Shown here: piece by piece, positions 41,190 through 55,162 of the stretch
Layout of the letters: each line of letters begins with the position of its first letter
Numbering within the stretch: position 1 is the stretch's first letter
NCBI RefSeq assembly: GCF_018350175.1
Contig: NC_058369.1
Coordinates: 22,136,001 to 22,200,000, forward strand
DNA from: Felis catus
Taxonomy: Eukaryota
Reading direction: 5' to 3'
DNA length: 64,000 nucleotides
The notes under the pieces: generated by a model
The model's database searches: none
Told to the model about the DNA's origin: nothing
The model's input: the letters and a program-made list of their open reading frames with translations, nothing else
Program-made: the position numbers and the translations under genes

Positions 41190-42900
41190 TTTTTTCTCTT
41201 TGGAAATAATTTCAAACTACAGAAAAGTTACAAGAATAACATAGTGAACAGTCCATGTACCCTTCACTTGATGCTTATTAATATTGTATCTCATTTGCTT
41301 TTGCCTTTTTTTTTTGCACTTTGAAGAAAAATTTGAGCATAGTTGACATACAATGTTACGTTAGTTTCAAGTGTACAGCGTAGTGATTTGACAAGTTTAT
41401 ACATTATGCTGTACTCGCCCCAAGTGTAGCTACCATCTGTCACCATACATGCTAGTACGGTATCATTGACTATATTCCCTGTGCTGTACCTTATATTTCC
41501 GCAACGTATTCATTCCATAACTAGAAGCCTGTATCTCCCGCTGCCCTTCACCCATGTTGCCCATCCCCCTTTGTCCTCTCCTCTGGCAACCATCTTGTTT
41601 TTTCATTTATCTGTCTATAAGACGTGTGGACTGATTTTTTTTTCTTAAAATATAATACTTTATTCCTACTTCATCATTTTCTATCCTAGATTTAGCCAGT
41701 GAGAGATACTTCTCTGGCTCCTGTGCCCTTATCGTGTTTTTGTTTTGCTTTTAATTAAAAAAAAATTTTTTTTAGCATGTCCTTATTTGTTTCATCCTGT
41801 ACCTACTCTACCCTAGCCCTGGAATCAGCCATTTTACCAAGACTCTTGGTTTCTTTTTTTTTTTTTTTAATTTTTTTAACGTTTATTTATTTTTGAGAAA
41901 CAGAGAGAGACAGAGAATGAGCAAGGGAGGAACAGAGAGAGAGAGGGAGACACAGAATCTGAAGCAGGCTCCAGGCTCTGAGCTGTCAGCACAGAGCCCG
42001 ACGCAGGGCTCGAACCCACGAACCATGAGATCATGGCCTGAGCCAAAGTCAGTTGCTTAACCTACTGAGCCACCCAGGCACCCCGACTCTTGGTTTCTTT
42101 TAATAGACATGTATTAGAGACCAAAGTCTGGGGGCCACGTGTGCTCATAACAACTGGACTGCCTTTGTTTCCATATTCTTTCAACAGAGCTGGGAAATGT
42201 ATGCATTTACATGCACATACACATACTTACATTCATACATATACATCTTGTAGAAATCACGAATTCACATCAACACCTCTAATTCCAGTCCATCACCAGA
42301 GGGTTCTTTCTAGTCTTCCTTTCTTCCATGTTTCTGTGTCCCTCCTTCCACAGTGAGGACCCTGGCTCCCAGGAACACGGACACATTTACTCAGTTGTTA
42401 AGTCCTGTAATAAATCCGAAATGATTCCAGCATTGTTTTGTCCATAGCACTACAAAACACAAAACTCCTGCAAAGAGTTTAGCATTTACTTGTGGTTCTT
42501 CCCTCACTCAATCCTGCCCAAGGCTGAGAGCATATAGTCAAGGGGTCCTAAGCTATCCGAGCTAGTTTTGTCTTTCTCTTCTTTGTCGTTGTGGTATTTG
42601 TTTGAAATACAACCAGATTCATTCGTCTCAATTCACTTCCACTTTAGGGTTGTTTCCCCACCACCCCATCCTTTTTGATTTAATTGAAAAATTGTGATGT
42701 GTAGAACATTAATGTGGTTCCAAAAGTGAAAACTATAGAGAAAGGTATACTTAACAGTATCCCTCCTGCTTTGTCCCCTCCCTTCTATTTGTCCCCATTC
42801 TGCATTTTCTGCTTTATCCTTTGGATACACCCTGAGGTAATATGCATGTTTCCTTATTTCCCCCTTTTTCATACATAAAGGGTAGAATGCCAGGTGCCTT
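41190..42900 (-). mobile_element. Mosaic of old L1 3' fragments
   Basis: ttggaaataatttcaaactacagaaaagttacaagaata, gttgacatacaatgttacgttagtttcaagtgtacag and ggaatcagccattttaccaag...tattagagaccaaagtctggg. Confidence 0.6.
41858..42084 (-). mobile_element. Felid CAN-SINE
   Basis: Perfect 17-bp TSD gactcttggtttctttt at 41841-41857 and 42085-42101; complete body. Confidence 0.95.
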
Positions 42901-43040
42901 TTTGTTGAAGCCTTTCTTATATCTTTTTTTTCCTTTTGATCGAATGCACCATAAATAGAATTCTGATTTGGAACAAGTAGGCTTCTGTCACATGTTGAGT
43001 TGTTAGATTTCTAGGCACTTGTAAAAAGTCCGATGGTTTT

Positions 43041-43176
43041 GGGGCACCAGCAGGGTGACTTAGACAGTTAAGCGTCCAACTTTGGCTCAGGTCATGATCT
43101 CACAGTTCATTTCGTGACTTTGAGCCCCCCGTCAGGCTCTGCACTGACCGCTCAAAGCCTGGAGCCTGCTTTGGAT

Positions 43177-43207
<31 letters not shown>

Positions 43208-43236
43208 TTCTCAAAAATAGTAAACATTAAAAAAAA
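43041..43236 (+). mobile_element. CAN-SINE (more diverged)
   Basis: Head ggggcacc, ggctcaggtcatgatctc, (CT)n and A-tail; degenerate TSD aaaaagtc[c/a]gat[g/t]gttt. Confidence 0.9.
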
Positions 43237-46211
43237 GTCAGATTGTTTCTACCAATAACTTTGTTAAATCAACTTTTGTAGTAGTGATTATTACTTAGTC
43301 CCTTAGTAATGGCTTCTAAAATGATGAATTCTCATGCAAAATGGAAAACTTTTTTTCTTCATCTACTGAGGCTGATACAAAATTCGGTGGACTTGGGTGG
43401 GAATTTTCTAGAATGGAAGGATTGTTGAGATGGGAATGGGTTATTTTCAACTGAGCAGAGAGGGGTACAGGATTGATGAGGTACTGGCTGGCCCATTGGG
43501 GTCACTCTGAGCCTAGGATTTCATGCGTTGTTCTCTGCTTCTCTTAGTTCCTCTGGGATCATGTAGTTTAGAGCCCACTCAGAGATGTTTGCAGTTTTCC
43601 TCCCTTTGGTATTTGAGAAAGCTCCTCTGATTGCCTTTTTAATGCCCAGATTCAGCAGCTAAATATTATATCTTTGAACTTCACATTTGCCCAATGCTTT
43701 GTGATTTCCACAGTATTGTCTTAATCTCCGTGAAACAGTAGAACAAGTATTGTGTCTATATTGCAGCTGAGAAAACCCAAGCTCCGAAGAGACAAGTGAT
43801 AGAGCTGGGACTAGAACCCAGGTCTTCAGACTGAGAGCCCAGTGTGGTCTAGGTCCATCACAAAGACCCCTCCTCCCACCCCCCTTCCTTCAGCCTGTCT
43901 TAGAGCCCACAGGAGGAGATTTACGCTTGCAAATCTCAGTTCTGTCCAAATCAGCAAATGTTACATGTCTGTTGAGTATTAGACCATTCAGAACTGTCTA
44001 AAAGCAGTTCAGAGGGTTTACATCAACAACTTTATTACCTGAACTTGTGTAATAGCGACTATTACTTAAAATAAATGGGCCATAAGCCTGGCAATGGTTT
44101 TTATTCTCAGAAATTTTACTCATAGTAGGATTTTATCTATGCATGTGTTCCTGTGTCTCAACAACCAAGAATGTACAACAGCGATAGAGCTTGTTAGAGA
44201 GTTATTTTTTTTGTATTTCTAATGCAAAAAAACACTTCATAAAATATGATATTAAAGCAAAATCCTCTTTTATAAAGCCCTTAAATTTTTCTGGTAACTC
44301 TTTTGCTATCTTTGTAATCTTTTTCAAGAACTCAGATAGGATATGACTCTAGGAATAAGAATACCCTGTTTGTATTATAACCGTGTAAATTTCACACTTC
44401 AAGTTCAGAATCAAAACACAAAGATTTGTGCTTACTTTTGGCAGACTATACAAATGAGGCCCTCCCGGTTGTTCTTTACAATGTATTTAAGAAAAGGGAC
44501 ATGTTGACATGTAAGCCTCCAGGGCCCCCACTTCATTCTCCAGGGATGGACATTATGGATTGGGTGTGACTTCTTCAAAATTCATATTGACTTGGTGAAC
44601 CTCCCCAAAACTGAGTTATGCATGTCTTGTGTCTCAGGAGGCCTGGGAGGCCTAGAAGCCCCAAATCGTTCTGAGGGTCTGGTTTGCATGAACAGCAAGA
44701 CGCCGCCTGTGATGGCCCTTCCTACATGAGACAGGAAGGGATTCTCCCTTGCAGGAAAGGCCCCTGGGTGGAGTGCAGAAAGCATCTGAGTCTTAATCAG
44801 CTTTGGCTCGCCCTGCGAACCCTCTGAGGCCAGCTCCCCTGTGGGATGGGCCCAGCATGCCCTATAGCCCTGCCCTCTCCTCATTTTTTAGAGGGGGAAG
44901 GTGGGGATGGATCAGCCGTGACAGAACCAAGGACAGGTTCTGGGGCATTCGGGAGGTGAGTGACTGGGGAAAAATGAGGGTCATCCTTTTTTACTAGGCA
45001 GAGGGTAGCGCCTTAGTAAGGACTCCAGTTTTTAACTTGAAGCATCAGTGTCGCTGAGCGTTCAAGTACCTGTTAGTCCCTTTTATAGCCCAGGGTGGAG
45101 GGCGAGAGGGAAGAGAGACAAGAGGGGTTGGCTTTATGAAGGCAGGTCATTTCCCTCTTTGTCGGTTGTCTGGGTTGGGGTGAAGAGGTCCCTGACAGGG
45201 AGACGTGGGGGCTTCGGGCTGGCAGGACGGCAGACGGGAGGCAGAGGTAACCTCCATCAGAATCCAGGGCCGTGTGCGCAGAAGCTGTGCTGAATCTCAT
45301 CCGCTTTTTTAGCAGCTTTTTAATCGTGCTTACGAAATCCATAACTCGTGTAACTTGGCTCCTGTAAGCATTCGCGGTTGGAAATGCAGATGGTTCCTTG
45401 TACATGAAAATTGGGTAATCATCCACCTGACTCCCAGGCTTGCCTGAACACATGTGGGATTCTATGTGTATGCGTGGATGTAGGACTGCAGACGCGAAAG
45501 GTGGAGTAAACAACGAGCAGTTGGGAACATTTACACGTCTGCCAAAGCCTTTCCAGGGCAGGTGTTCCCATAAATGGGCAACAAATTGTACTGCCTCTTC
45601 ATCTCCTGCAGGGAAGACTTTTGGGGAAAGATCATGGCAAGAAGTGAGGGTTATGAACAACAATAGCATTTCACCAGTGCTCTGTTTCCTGCGTGGGAAG
45701 GGAGAACCGGGCCATGAGGGTGAGCCCCCTCCTGGCTCTTAGTTTGGACACAAGGGTCAGGAATGCTACCTTTGGCTGAAAATATTGAAGAAGCCCTAAG
45801 CTTGGTGTGTACCCTCTTTGACCACAGCTTAGCCCTCCCGGGTCCTTTCTCTTTGAAGTGTGACGCCAGCTTCCACTGGCATCTGGGGACGTTCTGGGGG
45901 AGGTGGGGGACCTCTGAGTTCAAGCTAATGGCGGGGGGTGTCAGGAGACCCGCCATGACAGCACATGGTGATTTTGGCCTGGGCTCCTTGGGATTGTTCA
46001 TTTTCTGAGACAGCGCATGTGTGTTGATGTGGTCTCTGCAGCTCTGACACCCACAGTCTTGCTTAGGAAGACACCGTCCTGTGTCCTGTCCACATGTGTG
46101 GCCTCTGTTGCTGTGCTTGTGTGGCTGTTACTCAGTGCTGTGTGTCCTGCCACAAGACTGTTGTGCAGCAGGACAGATGGCTCACGGTGCAGGTCCCTAG
46201 GGACGTCCTGA

Positions 46212-46415
<204 letters not shown>

Positions 46416-47650
46416 TAACACCTTCCTACTCCTGACCAGAGAGAGCTTGTGTGTGACTCACACCCCCGCCAGGCAGAGAGACGTCTCTCCCCCTGGCCCG
46501 GCCTGCGGTCACGTACCCTGTCGGCTGCCCATCAGAGGACGGTGTGCTCGTACCGCCTCTAAAGATTCTGCCGGAGGCTCGGGTTTTAGAGTTGTACCTG
46601 GTCACGTGGTTTTAAGGCAGAGGAGGGTCAGCCACACTCACCCACGGGGAATTCAGGAAGCCCCTTCTGTGTGGGCAGCAGCCGTGGGAAGACACACGTT
46701 GACCCTGCAGCACAGGACACAAAGCCATGGCTCCTTCCTTCCCTTCAGGGGGAGCTGTGTTACTGGACAAGAACTTGAAGAGCAGGGTCCCTCTCCAGCC
46801 TCGTGTGGCCTGAAGTGGCCCCCACCTAAGCTCTACATGGGGGTGGGGTGGGGGGGGCGCAGATGCTTAGCCCATCAGGGGCTGGGAAGAAAGCAGCTGA
46901 CCCATCTGGGCAGCGTTAGGTGGCGTGGGAGTCAGCATAGCCGCTTGGAGCCCACTCGCCTGGTCGTCCACCCTGGTACCAGGCACCGCGGGCACTTTCT
47001 GCAGCAGGAAGGCCCGACGCCCAGCAAAGCCTGGCGTTAATTGTCATTGTCACCCAAGGTGTCTCTTTCACCACCTGCTTTCCTCACGGATGTGCCCTTA
47101 TGCTTCCTGGGCCATCTGTGCCTCAGGTAAAAGCAGAGATTGACATTCAGCAGTGGATTTGACTGAGACGCTTGGACTTTGTTTGAAGTCTAGAATAGTT
47201 GATGGTAAAGACCAAGAACATGTCTCAAAGGTGTGTGTCCCTCAAGAGGCCTGGGAACCAAGGCGGAAGGAGATGGCTGAGCGAGCCCCCTTGGGCAGGG
47301 GCCCTGAGACGGCACGCAGTCACGCCTTCACTCAGCAAGGCGGGTGCTGGGTGTGCGGTTATCAGCAGTTTTCTTCTTCTGGGGGAGGGTAGGCCTGTGC
47401 TCACCAAGGTGCGGCACCAGGGGACAGAGGTGCAGATTGCGAGGGGTGGCAAGCTGGGTGCGGGGTGCCAAGGGGGACGATGGCTGGCTGCAGGGCTCCA
47501 GCACGGAGCTGTGAGGCATTGGCCCTGAGCCTGGAAGGATGGACGGGTCTGAGGTGTGCCAGTGTCAGGAGAAACATCCTGAGCCACGGCAGAGGTATGA
47601 GGAGGACACTGAGGTTGTTTGTTCCTTTGGCCGGAGCACAGAGGGTATGC

Positions 47651-47690
47651 AGGGGAGGCAGGGGGAGGCAGGGGGAGGCAGGGGGAGGCT
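47651..47690. repeat. (GGGGGAGGCA)4 minisatellite
   Basis: aggggaggca gggggaggca gggggaggca gggggaggct. Confidence 0.9.
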
Positions 47691-49240
47691 GGGTGAGGGA
47701 GGGCTTGTGCTGCCTCTGTGCATATGGAAGCTAAGTGGCCCACGGCTGACTGAGGTGGCCTTCGGCTGCTTCCAGCTGGGGACTCTGGGTCCGTGCTTCC
47801 ATGGGGAGTGAGGCCTTCCTGCTGTCACAGTTGCAGACGATTGACTTAGTCCTGTGTGCTCCTGGGGGGCCGGCAGGGTGCAGGCCGCTCCTCTCCCCTC
47901 CTTGCTGCTTCCCAACGTCATTGGTGCCGCTCCCTCGAGGAGAAGGCTAGGGACTCAGCGGCTGAGCATCAGGAGGCTGCCGGAGGATTTCTAGAGCTGA
48001 CTTTGTGTGCTGACTCTGAGATGGGAGTTCACAAGGGGACTTTCGTCCCAGTTCCAAACTTGGTGCTGTCCTTTAGGTGACCGGGTGTAAGAAGGGTGTC
48101 TGCGTGTCTTCAAGGCATTTGAGCCTGAACTCGTGGTCTCCTCGCAGCCTCTGCTCCTCCCGTGTGGCCGGCAATGAGTCACACTTGCAGCCTGGGGGAT
48201 GCCTGCCTCGCGTTTCCCCTCTTCCTTTCCAGACTCCATCTTTGGTGCTGACCTGGGATGGTCTGCCAGCCCTTCCCTCCCTGTCCTGATGTGATCATGT
48301 GTGAGCCGACACAAGTGTGCCTTCTCCTGAGTGAGAGCCTTCCTCGGCCAGTTTAGCTGTGCCCGATGGGGGGTGGGGGGCCGTGTGAGCTTGTCATCTC
48401 TTCGTTGCCCCAGCTTCCTCGCCCCTGTTAGCACTGCCAGCAGCAGCTGTGGTGGGACCGCGCTTGTGGCCCGTGGCTGGAGGGGTGGGTGTTTTCACCG
48501 GACTCAAGGCGATGGCTTCTGCTAGTCCTGAGAGCCCACTCTGTCTTAGCCCAGTCTTTCCTGTGCCCTGCCAGTGTGTGTAAAGGACCTGGCCACGTGA
48601 TGACAAAATCAGTTCCTCTGCCTTTGGAAACCTAGCTGAGGAGGGAAGACAGAGGGGGCAGTGCCTCAGCTTAAAACAGAACGGGCAAGCTAGCAACGTG
48701 ATCAGGGGCCAGCAGTCTTCTGTGGGAGCCCCGTAAGGCACAGTGAAGCAGCCCTGGGAGGAATGCAAGGGAGGCTCCCGAGAAGAGGTGGTGTTCCTGC
48801 TGAGCTCAAGGGAGGAACAGCCTGTGGCTTCGAAAAGTGGCAGAGAGGAGGGTACGTACCTCTTAGGCTAGGGAAATCGCACAAACAAGGTACAGACGGT
48901 TATAAATGTTCCAAACCCTTAAGTGCATTGCTTAGTAGTATAATCAAGGAAAGAAATAACCCACCTTTAAAAGTGGTAGATCTTCAGAGTTCACTCTGTA
49001 ACCAGGACTCCCAACCCCACAAAGCTGAGCCGTATCTCTGGAATGTCAGCTCTGTGGTTTCTGCCGTGCACAGTGCCGTGTGACTCAGCCTGGGTAACCG
49101 GCTTGACCTTGGATACTGAAGAGCACACCCTTCTGTGGGAGTACTCCACCAGGTGCTGGGGTTTCCTGTGGAGTGAGGCTCTGATTTCCCGAGTCACCAG
49201 ATGCCCGGAGCCGTGATGATTAGGGTCTGAAATAAATACA

Positions 49241-49459
49241 GGGGCGCCTGGGTGACTCAGTCGGTTAAGTGTCTGACTTCGGCTCGGGTCATGATCTCAT
49301 GAGTTCAAGCCCCGCATCAGGCTCTGTGCTGATAGCTCAGAGCCTGGAGCCTGCTTCAGATTCTGTGTCTCCCTCCCTCTCCGCCCTCCCCTGCTTGCGC
49401 TCTCGAGCTCTCTCTCTGTCTGTCTCTCTCAAAAATAAACATACATTAAAGAAAAAAAA
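49241..49459 (+). mobile_element. Felid CAN-SINE
   Basis: ggggcgcctgggtgactcagtcggttaag...gagcctggagcctgcttcagattctgtgtctccc...tctcaaaaataaac plus A-tail. Confidence 0.93.
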
Positions 49460-50244
49460 GACATAAGTCCCAGGCTTTGGGAGCCATGTAGAGATTTAAC
49501 TGACTTAAGACAAGAGCCCCAAGTCTCCTCCCAGCAAGGAAGTGGGCCTCCCTGAATACATTCCCAGCAGCCCAGAACTTTTGGAGAAGGAAAGCTTCTG
49601 AGGTTTCTCAGGGACACCCCGTGGTGGCCATCCATTTTCTTCTTGTCACAGCCAGAAACCACAGGGGGAGGGGGTTTCCATGAGGCCTGCATCATCCCCC
49701 TCGTCAGCCGACGATGGTTGATTTACCACCTGCACACGCCAGGTCTGGTCTCTGTCACCTGTTGGCAGACAGTGCAGGTGGGCATTGCCGGTGCCAGCGT
49801 GCTCCCTGGGTGTGTAAGATCCATGCCCGCATAGTTAGCACCCCAGCCCTGCTTCTGCACTTTCTTTGGGAAAGGGGGTGGGACATTCCCTAGGGATCCT
49901 TGCCTTATTCACACTGCCTTGGGGCGTGTATGCCACTGACTGCCCTTTTTCAGCTGGGTCCTGGATGGGATCGGGACAGATTCCTTGCAGACATGGGGGG
50001 ATTAAGTGACAGTGTGACAGGAAACCCTTGCTAAGCCTCACCCTGTACAAGCAAAGGGGGTATCAGAAGCCATTAATAAGAGGTCATGAGACTTTGGAGG
50101 CAGAGGCTAGACAGCATGTAGATGCCCCTTCTCTGGAATGGGCTATGACTGAGAATTTGGACTTGAGTGCTAGGCACACTACCCAGTGTCTCCAAGCCCC
50201 CATTTTCCTGTCTGCGAGGAGGGGTAAAGATATTTGCCCATGGA

Positions 50245-50882
50245 ATCCTCTTGCACCATTGGTAGGAATGCAAATTGGTGCAGCTGCTCTGGAAAACAGC
50301 GTGGAGGTTCCTCAAAAAATTAAAAATAGATCTATCCTATGACCCAGCAATGGCACTGCTAGGAATTTACCCAGGGGATACAGGAGTGCTGATGCATAGG
50401 GGCACTTGGACCCCAATGTTTATAGCAGCGCTTTCAACAATAGCCAAATTATGGAAAGAGCCTAAATGTCCATCCACTGATGAATGGATAAAGAACCTGT
50501 GGTTTATATATACAATGGAATACTACTTGGCAATGAGAAAGAATGAAATCCTGCCATTTGCAGCAATGTGGATAGAACTGGAGGGTACTATGCTGAATGA
50601 AATAAGTCAGTCAGAGAAAGACATATCATGTTTTCACTCATATGTGGAACTTGAGAAACCTAACAGAAGACTATGGGGGAAGGTAAGGGGGAAAAATAGT
50701 TACAAACAGAGAGGGAAGGAGGCAAACCATAAGAGATTCTTAAATACAGAGAACAAACTGGGGGTTGATGGGGGTTGGGGGAGAGAGGAAAGTGGGTGAT
50801 GGGCATGGAGGAAGGCACTTGTTGGAATGAGCACTGGGTGTTGTATGTAAGACAATTGGACAATATATTACATTAAAAAAAA
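50245..50882 (+). mobile_element. 5'-truncated carnivore L1 (ORF2 C-terminus plus 3' UTR) inserted in a MIR
   Basis: ORF 50275..50799 reads [28 protein letters not shown]...WKEPKCPS...YTMEYY (L1 ORF2). TSD aaag[a/g]t[a/g]tttgcccatgg near 50226 and 50880. Confidence 0.93.
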
Positions 50883-51294
50883 GGTGTTTGCCCATGGGAT
50901 TGTCATGAGGATTAGATGGTCAGTAACTAGTAAGGGTCACTATTGCCATAAGTGTACTTACTACTACTGTTGTCATCAGACTGCAGTAAAACTTGACCTA
51001 CACAGAATTATTCTTGCAGATTCTGCAGGACCTCTGAACAACCTCAGGCTAAGGACCCCTTTTAGGAACACATCCCTGTACCTTCCTGTTCAGAGACTAT
51101 ACGGTTCTAAAGTATTGGTGGGAGGCAAACCTATTGACTCAGTCACGTTTGAGATACCGAAGCACGGCTTTCTGGTTCAACGTCCATTTGTGGTTGGTTG
51201 ATGCTTGCTGTTGGAGAGCAGATGTCAAATCAAGTGCTTAGAGCTGCGTACACATTATCTTTTCTCTCTAATCTAAATGTCACTGTCTGCGTCT

Positions 51295-51461
51295 GTGGTA
51301 CCCAACTCTGGCTGTACATGACAGTCACCTGGGGAGTGCAGACACATCCTGATGCCATCACTCCACGCCCACGAAGACAGTTTGTCTGCGGCGGGACCCA
51401 GGCATGATTTTATCTGCTGGTCCCTGGAGGTTCCCATGTGAAGCCAGGGTTAGGAGCTCTG
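51295..51461. mobile_element. MER5A-like hAT-Charlie fossil
   Basis: gtggtacccaactctggctgtacat...tcacctggggag...gggacccaggcat...atgtgaagccagggttaggagctctg. Confidence 0.6.
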
Positions 51462-54300
51462 GAATGCTATCACACTGAATGTCACACTGTTCTAGGCTTT
51501 CACTTGAAAGAAGACAGGAGAAGCAGTCGGTCCATAACTGGACTCTCTGGTGGCTGTGGTGACTGGTAATTCTAGCTTTGTGCATTCATGGAATATCTAA
51601 AACGTCCATTCTATAAATTTGCTATTAGGAAGCTGGTGTTACATGGTTAATTGAATAGACAAAATTCCCTTGGAAGTTAGTTCCTAAGCATTTGGGATAT
51701 TTTCAAGGATAATTTATTTAACTTTTTGCTGAGCTTCAAGTTTCTTAAGAAACCCTGCCAAATCTCAAAGTGATTTTTTAGACGTATGCAGCTGCCTCTG
51801 AGTTAACAATGGCGTTTTTCTAGGGCCATTAAAATCTGGAAGCCTAAATTCTATTTTAAACTCTTCTCATTGTCCGTGATTAGTCTTTTTTTTTTTTTTT
51901 AAAGAAGAAAACAAAAAGGCATTAAAAATAATGAAATCATTTTAAAGGGAGCTCATTCTAAAATTCTGGCCAGAAAAGCAGGACAGTTTCACTGTGGGAA
52001 CTATTAATGATCAATAGTCTCTGTAAGTGGGAGTGCATGATGCCCACAAGGAGCTCTCCTCTTCCTCAGAGGTCCTAGAGGCTGCCCCTGCCCCTCCCAT
52101 CGGGACTCTGCCCCTGCCCAGCAGGTGTCTGCATGGAAGGTTGCCACAGCAGTTGCCTCCCCTGTGCCACTTGGATGTCTTTTGCTCTCATGTTTGATTT
52201 GGGGGTTGGGCAGGAAACCAGGAAGGGCATAGCTGTTTGCAAGCACACAGCATGGAAATGTGTGGGTCCTGTTTCAAAGCCTGTGTCTTCAAAATATGAC
52301 TTAGAAAACTGCTTTCGTCACAATTAAACTACTTCAGGGCGCGAGTTCAAAATGGAAACTGTTCATTTAAAAGCTTTGTAAAGCAACAGCTGCAGTTAGA
52401 GGTACGTATGACAAACCTGCTTCGGGAGGGTTGCCCTCTCCAGAGAGGTTGTTGGAAGTGCTTTTGACCAGGAGAGCCGACTGGGGTGGGCCCAGCGCTG
52501 GGGTCTTCTGGAAGACCCCCCTCCACTTAGGGTACTGCGAGGGGCAGATGGCTGCCCCGGGTAGGTCTCACAGGAGCTGGCGGGAGACAGACACAGGGAT
52601 GGTCGCCCCAGTGTGGACATGAGGAATAGCCAAGTGTAGAGTCCAAGTCAGGGTTGTGTTTGTTTTTAATATGTTTTAATTACAAAAGTAATATATGCTC
52701 ATTGCCAAGAATCAACGTGTAGAAAGTATGAGGGAACCAGGCTGGGCAGTTGGGGGCCTGTGCTTCCCTCACCTGGGCCTGTAAGAACGTACAGGTTTTC
52801 ACAGACAGCCCACACTCAGGTCTCCATCAGCTCACGTGGCTCAGCTCGCCTTTTGTACTGAACCATGAGTCATAAACATCTTTCTGTGTTTTTTAAAACC
52901 ACATTTTAGCTGTTTTCAATAAATTGTCATTATAAAGCTGCTACAATGAACTGTATACTCTCTAGCACCTGGACCTCTATAGCAGGTGTCAGAGGCATGT
53001 CTTTATGCATCCTTTGTGTGATTGTCTGGTAAATGTCTTCCTCTAACACGAGGAGACTGTGAGCTCCTTGGGGGTAGGTACAGGGTCTGTTCCTGTTCTC
53101 CACCGTGTGGCTGGAACCTGGCGTGGTCCTTGTCACACATATGAGCTCCCAATGATTGTTTGTTCGATGAAAGAACACAGAATAATAACACCTCACGTTT
53201 ATCAAGTGCTTCCTAAATGTCAGACACTGTTCTCAGGCCATGGGTGTACTCGTCCATTATTCCTCACAGCACCGTGGGAGGCAAGAACTTGACAGGTGAG
53301 GAAGCTGAAGCACAAAGAGGTTAAGTAGCTTCCCAGGGTCGCATGCTTGTCAAGTGGACAAGCTGGGATTTGAACTCAGGTTCTGCTCGTTTTCACATGA
53401 GCCACCGTGAATCCGCACAAATGCATGCACATGGATGTTCACATTCTTGTGGGAGAGAGTACCAGAAAGGGAATTGCTGGGTCCCAGACGATGCCCATTT
53501 TAGAAATGTGTCATGCCCGGTGGTCCTCATGCACATCACCATGTTATGGGTGCCCATTTCTCCATGTCCTTACCCACTCAGGATTCCTTCTGCTTCCCCC
53601 CGCTGCCCCTGCAGCCCTCTTCCTTGAGCGTGTGGCCTCTACCCTGAAGACTAGCCTACCTGCAGTCATAGCATATCCCAGAGCCCAAAGGAGCTGGGGA
53701 CCCTGCATTCATTTTTCTTGTGACCTAGTGGCCACAGGGGAGTTATACTCATAATGGCTGACCACGCCTTGCCAACACTTATATTTACTGCGTTTACTGT
53801 TTACCGTTTACTAACATAAGCAAAGACTTACCAAATCAGGTAACCTGTCCTTGGTCTTCCAGCCAGGAAGTGGTGGGGCTGAGGGTAGACCTGGCCTGTC
53901 TAAGTCCAGAGCCCACTATCAAACCCCCATGTGTCCTGACCCACAGGGCGATACGGGCTGGACCTGCCCACCCAGGACCCCTAACTGCTGCCAAGTGCCC
54001 TCTCCTAGCGCCCTTCTTAGCAGGGAGGCCAAACCCTAGGAAGCTTCGTCTCTGATGGGCTAGTTGGTTGTTTATTTAGGACAGGTTCCTAGGGTCAGGC
54101 ATTTGGTATCCTAGCTATGGAAAACGCACTTCCCCTCTCCTGGTCAGACCCCGAACGATAGATGTCCACGTGAGGAAGACAGTTCGGGATTCGCGGATGT
54201 GGCCGCCTCTCGGGTCCTCTGGGCCCCGTTTCCCTTGCTCCTGCTGCTCTCTGCTGCCCTCTACTGAATCGTAATGACATTGCCTGTGTTCCACCTGAAG

Positions 54301-54384
54301 GAGTCACGGTGGCCGACCTGCTAAAAGAGGATAAGAAGAAAAGGAAGTTTTGCGGCTTTCGTCAACGCAGGGCTAAAGATCACG
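54301..54384 (+). CDS. CACNA1D: CACNA1D alternative cassette exon 9*/9a (84 nt, 28 codons) in the I-II loop
   Basis: Acceptor tgtgttccacctgaag and donor ACG|gtaaat; symmetric phase 1-1 and open in the exon 9/10 frame: (R)VTVADLLKEDKKKRKFCGFRQRRAKDH(A). Resembles the basic I-II loop insert I recall for vertebrate Cav1.3. Not in the ORF track. Confidence 0.85.
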
Positions 54385-55000
54385 GTAAATGGCTGAGGTT
54401 GAACTTCCCCTCAGGAGACTCCTGTCCTGAGGCTTCTGGTGCTTTCTCCTTGCACATAGGCCTGGTGTGAAGTGCATGTGCCCGTGTGGTGTGTTTATAA
54501 GATGCCTATGTTTGAACTGCTTGATTTCTTTGAACCTCGGTCATGTTGTTTTCTTCTTGCCTTTACCCCAAATGTGTGGTTTGGCCAAGACAGCATTGCA
54601 GTTTCCTTTCTGTTTGAACTATACCTTTTAAAGAAGCAGTCGAACCCCCTTGGAACATTTAATTCACCACGAATGTTCTTACACTGGAAGACAGACTTCT
54701 TAAACACGTTTCCCCAGTGAGGCTTTTTCATCTAAACTGTTTAGAAATTCCAATGATGTTATTTGATTGATTTTTATTTTCCAGGTTACATTTTTCAAAC
54801 GGCCTGCTGGTTTTCCACCCTCTGGTTGGTTTGTCCAGGACATGCTAAAACTAGTAGTTCCAGTTTCCAGAATGAAGTTAAAAATCTATTCCTAGGATGC
54901 AAAGATTTGGGGGCACTTGCCTTTGCCAGTTGGAATGAGGAAAGGGCTCGTGTGGGGCACAGTTAATTTCCAAGCTATGCTTTAAAAAAGGAATGCTAGG

Positions 55001-55148
55001 CTGGGTGTTGTATGTAAGTGATGAACCACGGGAATCTACCCCCAAAACCGAGAGCACACCTTACATACCGTATGTAAGCCAATTTGACAATAAATTACAT
55101 TTTAAGAATAATAAATTTTAAAAATCTTAAAAAAAAAAGTAAAAAAAT
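55001..55148 (+). mobile_element. Short felid L1 3' tail
   Basis: ctgggtgttgtatgtaagtgatgaaccacgggaatctacccccaaaacc...gccaatttgacaataaatta followed by an A-rich tail. Confidence 0.85.
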
Positions 55149-55162
55149 AAAAAAGAATGCTA

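Noticed and set aside
50275..50799. 174-aa ORF as a possible gene
   Set aside because: It is the C-terminal remnant of L1 ORF2 in a 5'-truncated copy; the same applies to 20365..20607.
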